The position numbers were made by a program, and so were the translations under genes. Shown piece by piece: positions 57,342 to 64,000 of a stretch of DNA of 64,000 nt. Below the pieces are notes generated by a model. It did no database searches, was not told where the DNA came from, and worked only from the letters and a program-made list of their open reading frames with translations. The stretch is taken from assembly GCA_964016885.1 (NCBI GenBank), contig OZ024741.1, forward strand, positions 131,006,001 through 131,070,000, given 5' to 3'. This DNA comes from Eledone cirrhosa. Lineage: Eukaryota. Positions within the stretch are counted from its first letter, which is position 1. Every line of letters begins with the position of its first letter.

Positions 57342-60300
57342 GTCTGTGTAACTAGGGTTGGAAGCAGTGAACATATAACTTTACACATCATATATGTCTG
57401 TGTAACTAGGGTTGGAAGCAGTGAACATATAACTTTACACATCATATTTGTCTGTGTAACTAGGGTTGGAAGCAGTGAACATACAACTTTACACATCATA
57501 TTTGTCTGTGTAACTAGGGTTGGAAGCAGTGAACATATAACTTTACACATCATATTTGTCTGCGGAACTAGGGTTGGAAGTAGTGAACATATAACTTCAC
57601 ACATCATATTTGTCTGTGTAACTAGGGTTAGAAGCGGTGAACATATAACTTTACACATCATATTTGTCTGCGGAACTAGGGTTGGAAGCAGTGAACATAT
57701 AACTTCACACATCATATTTGTCTGTGTAACTAGGGTTGGAAGCAGTGAACATATAACTTTACACATCATATTTGTCTGTGTACCTAGGGTTGGAAGCGGT
57801 GAACATATAACTTTACACATCATATTTCTCTGTGTAACTAGAGTTGGAAGCAGTGAACATATAACTTTACACATCATATTTGTCTGTGTAACTAGGGTTG
57901 GAAGCAGTGAACATATAACGTTACACATCATATTTGTCTGTGTAACTAGGGTTGGAAGCGGTGAACATATAACTTTTCACATCATATTTGTCTGTTTAAC
58001 TAGGGTTGGAAGCAGTGAACATATAACTTTACACATCATATTTGTCTGTGTAACTAGGGTTGGAAGCAGTGAACATATAACTTTACACATCACATTTGTC
58101 TGTGTAACTAGGGTTGGAAGCAGTGAACATATAATTTTACACATCATATTTGTCTGCGTAACTCGGGTTGGAAGCGGTGAACATATAACTTTACACATCA
58201 TATTTGTCTGTGGAACTAGGGTCGGAAGCGGTGAACATATAACTTTACACATCATATGTGTCTGTGTAACTAGGGTTGGAAGCAGTGAACATATAACTTT
58301 ACACATCATATTTGTCTGTTTAACTCGGGTTGGAAGCGGTGAACATATAACTTTACACATCATATTTGTCTGTGTAACTAGGGTTGGAAGCAGTGAATAT
58401 ATAACTTTACACATCATATTTGTCTGTGTAACTAGGGTTGGAAGCAGTGAACATATAACTTTACACATCATATTTGTCTCTGTAACTAGGATTGGAAGCG
58501 GTGAATATATAACTTCACAAATCATATTTGTCTGTGTAACTAGGGTTGGAAGCAGTGAACATATAACTTCACACATCATATTTTTCTGTGTAACTAGGGT
58601 TTGGAAGCGGTGAACATATAACTTTACACATCATATTTGTCTGTGTAACTAGGGTTGGAAGCAGTGAACATATAACTTTACACATCATATTTGTCTGTGT
58701 AACTAGGGTTGGAAACAGTGAACATATAACTTTACACATCATATTTGTCTGTGTAACTAGGGTTGGAAGCGGTGAACATATAACTTTACACATCATATTT
58801 GTCTGTGTAACTAGGGTTGGAAGCGGTGAACATATAACTTTACACATCATATTTGTCTGTGTATCTAGGGTTGGAAGCCGTGAACATATAATTTAACACA
58901 TCATATTTGTCTGTGTAACTAGGGTTGGAAGCAGTGAACATATAACTTTACACATCATATTTGTCTGTGTAACTAGGGTTGGAAGCAGTGAACATATAAC
59001 TTTACACATCATATTTGTATGTGTAACTAGGGTTGGAAGCGGTGAACATATAACTTTACACATCATATTTGTCTGTGTAACTAGGTTTGGAAGCAGTGAA
59101 CATATAACTTTACACATCATATTTGTCTGTGTAACTAGGGTTGGAAGCAGTGAACATACAACTTTACACAACCTATTTGTCTGTGTAACTAGGGTTGGAA
59201 ACAGTGAACATATAAATTTACACATCATATTTGTCTGTGTAACTAGGGTTGGAAGCAGTGAACATATAACTTTACACATCATATTTGTCTGTGTAACTAG
59301 GGTTGGAAGCAGTGAACATATAACTTTACACGTCATATTTGTCTGTGTAACTAGGGTTGGAAGCAGTGAACATATAACTTTACACATCATATTTGTCTGC
59401 GGAACTAGGGTTGGAAGCAGTGAACATATAACTTCACACATCATATTTGTCTGTGTAACTAGGGTTGGAAGCGGTGAACATATAACTTTACACATCATAT
59501 TTGTCTGTGTAACTAGGGTTGGAAGCAGTGAACATATAACTTCACACATCATATTTGTCTGTGTAACTAGGGTTGGAAGCAGTGAACATATAACTTTACA
59601 CATCATATTTGTCTGTGTACCTAGGGTTGGAAGCGGTGAACATATAACTTTACACATCATATTTGTCTGTGTAACTAGAGTTGGAAGCAGTGAACATATA
59701 ACTTTACACATCATATTTGTCTGTGTAACTAGGGTTGGAAGCAGTGAACATATAACTTTACACATCATATTTGTCTGTGTAACTAGGGTTGGAAGCGGTG
59801 AACATATAACTTTTCACATCATATTTGTCTGTTTAACTAGGGTTGGAAGCAGTGAACATATAACTTTACACATCATATTTGTCTGTGTAACTAGGGTTGG
59901 AAGCAGTGAACATATAACTTTACACATCACATTTGTCTGTGTAACTAGGGTTGGAAGCAGTGAACATATAATTTTACACATCACTTTTGTCTGCGTAACT
60001 CGGGTTGGAAGCGGTGAACATATAACTTTACACATCATATTTGTCTGTGTAACTCGGGTTGGAAGCGGTGAACATATAACTTTACACATCATATTTGTCT
60101 GTGCAACTATTGTTGGAAGCAGTGAATATATAACTTTACACATCATATTTTTCTGTGTAACTAGGGTTGGAAGCAGTGAACATATAACTTTACACATCAT
60201 ATTTGTCTGTGTAACTAGGATTGGAAGCGGTGAATATATAACTTCACAAATCATATTTGTCTGTGTAACTAGGGTTGGAAGCAGTGAACATATAACTTCA

Positions 60301-63300
60301 CACATCATATTTTTCTGTGTAACTAGGGTTTGGAAGCGGTGAATATATAACTTTACACATCATATTTGTCTGTGTAACTAGGGTTGGAAGCAGTGAACAT
60401 ATAACTTTACACATCATATTTGTCTGTGTAACTAGGGTTGGAAGCAGTGAACATATAACTTTACACATCATATTTGTCTGTGTAACTAGGGTTGGAAGCA
60501 GTGAACATATAACTTTACACATCATATATGTCTGTGTAACTAGGGTTGGAAGCAGTGAACATATAACTTTACACATCATATTTGTCTGTGTAACTAGGGT
60601 TGGAAGCAGTGAACATACAACTTTACACATCATATTTGTCTGTGTAACTAGGGTTGGAAGCAGTGAACATATAACTTTACACATCATATTTGTCTGCGGA
60701 ACTAGGGTTGGAAGTAGTGAACATATAACTTCACACATCATATTTGTCTGTGTAACTAGGGTTAGAAGCGGTGAACATATAACTTTACACATCATATTTG
60801 TCTGCGGAACTAGGGTTGGAAGCAGTGAACATATAACTTCACACATCATATTTGTCTGTGTAACTAGGGTTGGAAGCAGTGAACATATAACTTTACACAT
60901 CATATTTGTCTGTGTACCTAGGGTTGGAAGCGGTGAACATATAACTTTACACATCATATTTCTCTGTGTAACTAGAGTTGGAAGCAGTGAACATATAACT
61001 TTACACATCATATTTGTCTGTGTAACTAGGGTTGGAAGCAGTGAACATATAACGTTACACATCATATTTGTCTGTGTAACTAGGGTTGGAAGCGGTGAAC
61101 ATATAACTTTTCACATCATATTTGTCTGTTTAACTAGGGTTGGAAGCAGTGAACATATAACTTTACACATCATATTTGTCTGTGTAACTAGGGTTGGAAG
61201 CAGTGAACATATAACTTTACACATCACATTTGTCTGTGTAACTAGGGTTGGAAGCAGTGAACATATAATTTTACACATCATATTTGTCTGCGTAACTCGG
61301 GTTGGAAGCGGTGAACATATAACTTTACACATCATATTTGTCTGTGGAACTAGGGTCGGAAGCGGTGAACATATAACTTTACACATCATATGTGTCTGTG
61401 TAACTAGGGTTGGAAGCAGTGAACATATAACTTTACACATCATATTTGTCTGTTTAACTCGGGTTGGAAGCGGTGAACATATAACTTTACACATCATATT
61501 TGTCTGTGTAACTAGGGTTGGAAGCAGTGAATATATAACTTTACACATCATATTTGTCTGTGTAACTAGGGTTGGAAGCAGTGAACATATAACTTTACAC
61601 ATCATATTTGTCTCTGTAACTAGGATTGGAAGCGGTGAATATATAACTTCACAAATCATATTTGTCTGTGTAACTAGGGTTGGAAGCAGTGAACATATAA
61701 CTTCACACATCATATTTTTCTGTGTAACTAGGGTTTGGAAGCGGTGAACATATAACTTTACACATCATATTTGTCTGTGTAACTAGGGTTGGAAGCAGTG
61801 AACATATAACTTTACACATCATATTTGTCTGTGTAACTAGGGTTGGAAACAGTGAACATATAACTTTACACATCATATTTGTCTGTGTAACTAGGGTTGG
61901 AAGCGGTGAACATATAACTTTACACACCATATTTGTCTGTGTAACTAGGGTTGGAAGCGGTGAACATATAACTTTACACATCATATTTGTCTGTGTATCT
62001 AGGGTTGGAAGCCGTGAACATATAATTTAACACATCATATTTGTCTGTGTAACTAGGGTTGGAAGCAGTGAACATATAACTTTACACATCATATTTGTCT
62101 GTGTAACTAGGGTTGGAAGCAGTGAACATATAACTTTACACATCATATTTGTATGTGTAACTAGGGTTGGAAGCGGTGAACATATAACTTTACACATCAT
62201 ATTTGTCTGTGTAACTAGGTTTGGAAGCAGTGAACATATAACTTTACACATCATATTTGTCTGTGTAACTAGGGTTGGAAGCAGTGAACATACAACTTTA
62301 CACAACCTATTTGTCTGTGTAACTAGGGTTGGAAACAGTGAACATATAAATTTACACATCATATTTGTCTGTGTAACTAGGGTTGGAAGCAGTGAACATA
62401 TAACTTTACACATCATATTTGTCTGTGTAACTAGGGTTGGAAGCAGTGAACATATAACTTTACACGTCATATTTGTCTGTGTAACTAGGGTTGGAAGCAG
62501 TGAACATATAACTTTACACATCATATTTGTCTGCGGAACTAGGGTTGGAAGCAGTGAACATATAACTTCACACATCATATTTGTCTGTGTAACTAGGGTT
62601 GGAAGCGGTGAACATATAACTTTACACATCATATTTGTCTGTGTAACTAGGGTTGGAAGCAGTGAACATATAACTTCACACATCATATTTGTCTGTGTAA
62701 CTAGGGTTGGAAGCAGTGAACATATAACTTTACACATCATATTTGTCTGTGTACCTAGGGTTGGAAGCGGTGAACATATAACTTTACACATCATATTTGT
62801 CTGTGTAACTAGAGTTGGAAGCAGTGAACATATAACTTTACACATCATATTTGTCTGTGTAACTAGGGTTGGAAGCAGTGAACATATAACTTTACACATC
62901 ATATTTGTCTGTGTAACTAGGGTTGGAAGCGGTGAACATATAACTTTTCACATCATATTTGTCTGTTTAACTAGGGTTGGAAGCAGTGAACATATAACTT
63001 TACACATCATATTTGTCTGTGTAACTAGGGTTGGAAGCAGTGAACATATAACTTTACACATCACATTTGTCTGTGTAACTAGGGTTGGAAGCAGTGAACA
63101 TATAATTTTACACATCATTTTTGTCTGCGTAACTCGGGTTGGAAGCGGTGAACATATAACTTTACACATCATATTTGTCTGTGTAACTCGGGTTGGAAGC
63201 GGTGAACATATAACTTTACACATCATATTTGTCTGTGCAACTATTGTTGGAAGCAGTGAATATATAACTTTACACATCATATTTTTCTGTGTAACTAGGG

Positions 63301-63515
63301 TTGGAAGCAGTGAACATATAACTTTACACATCATATTTGTCTGTGTAACTAGGATTGGAAGCGGTGAATATATAACTTCACAAATCATATTTGTCTGTGT
63401 AACTAGGGTTGGAAGCAGTGAACATATAACTTCACACATCATATTTTTCTGTGTAACTAGGGTTTGGAAGCGGTGAATATATAACTTTACACATCATATT
63501 TGTCTGTGTAACTAG
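57342..63515. repeat. 58-monomer (3134 bp) higher-order duplication made of 32- and 26-monomer related subunits
   Basis: GGGTTTGG insertion monomers at 58597, 60326, 61731 and 63460 are spaced 1729, 1405 and 1729 bp. Five ORF pairs (e.g. 57977/61111, 58893/62027) differ by exactly 3134. Confidence 0.92.
58588..58642. other. 55-bp monomer type 2 (GGGTT to GGGTTT); also at 60326, 61731, 63460
   Basis: Read directly. Each copy is preceded by a TTCACA...TATTTTTC monomer and shifts the phase by +1. Confidence 0.95.
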
Positions 63516-64000
63516 GGTTGGAAGCGGTGAACATATAACTTTACACATCATATGTGTCTGTGTAACTAGGGTTGGAAGCAGTGAACATATAACTTTACAC
63601 ATCATATTTGTCTGTGTAACTAGGGTTGGAAGCAGTGAACATAGAACTTTACACGTCATATTTGTCTGTGTAACTAGGGTTGGAAGCAGTGAACATATAA
63701 CTTTACACATCATATTTGTCTGTGTAACTCGGGTTGGAAGCGGTGAACATATAACTTTACACATCATATTTGTCTGTGTAACTAGGGTTGGAAGCAGTGA
63801 ATATATAACTTTACACATCATATTTGTCTGTGTAACTACGGTTGGAAGCAGTGAACATATAACTTTACACATCATATTTGTCTGTGTAACTAGGATTGGA
63901 AGCGGTGAATATATAACTTCACAAATCATATTTGTCTGTGTAACTAGGGTTGGAAGCAGTGAACATATAACTTCACACATCATATTTTTCTGTGTAACTA

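Larger units (their letters stand above)
1..64000. repeat. 54-bp tandem satellite array (~1185 monomers), running off both window edges
   Basis: The unit GTGTAACTAGGGTTGGAAGCRGTGAACATATAACTTTACACATCATATTTGTCT recurs every 54 bp in a single orientation, with about 0-4 substitutions per copy. Phase checks at 30513, 53441 and 64000 fit exactly with 5 single-base deletions and 6 single-base insertions. Confidence 0.99.

Noticed and set aside
971-63983. Minus-strand ORFs encoding (MMCKVICSLLPTLVTQTN)n
   Set aside because: They are translations of the 54-bp unit with no unique N- or C-terminus or recognisable domain. They are repeatedly broken by TAG, TAA and TGA variants and by frameshifts that were themselves duplicated.
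1-64000. CRISPR array
   Set aside because: No unique spacers; the entire 54 bp repeats, and no leader or cas gene is present.
1-64000. Telomerase-synthesised telomere tract
   Set aside because: Only one TAGGGTT per 54 bp, and the unit is longer than the telomerase-templated units I know of (up to ~26 bp in yeasts). Variants are inherited in kb-scale blocks, indicating DNA-level duplication.
1-64000. RIP-like CpA to TpA mutation bias (CTATGT, ACATAT, GAATAT, GAAGTAG)
   Set aside because: Most C/G bases in the monomer are already in CpA/TpG context, non-CpA transitions and transversions are also common, and overall divergence is too low for RIP.
1-64000. Sequencing concatemer or collapsed-assembly artefact
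   Set aside because: Variants recur in consistent linked haplotypes and duplicated blocks differ by private SNPs, which fits real genomic history rather than random error. Read-level confirmation is still advisable.

Overview
The whole 64 kb window is one uninterrupted head-to-tail tandem array of a 54-bp monomer, consensus GTGTAACTAGGGTTGGAAGC(A/G)GTGAACATATAACTTTACACATCATATTTGTCT (19/54, about 35% GC). It holds 1185 complete monomers plus 9 bp. I found five 53-bp monomers and six 55-bp monomers, and these account exactly for the window length (1185x54+9+1=64000). I saw no unique sequence, gene, RNA gene, transposon, inversion or CRISPR spacer. The ORF-track entries arise because 54 is divisible by 3 and one frame per strand lacks stops in the consensus; both frames are broken by recurrent stops and frameshifts. 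This looks like a long eukaryotic-type satellite or macro-minisatellite. Organism and chromosomal location cannot be determined from the sequence. The structure worth examining lies in the variants: irregular nested multi-monomer duplications (5 to 99 monomers), an A/G dimorphism that toggles a CpG, a dyad in every monomer, a telomere-like TAGGGTT core, two different indels in one ancestral cassette, an old diverged three-monomer cassette with several sub-lineages, and a left-to-right turnover of variants. I cannot support a new protein-coding system here.
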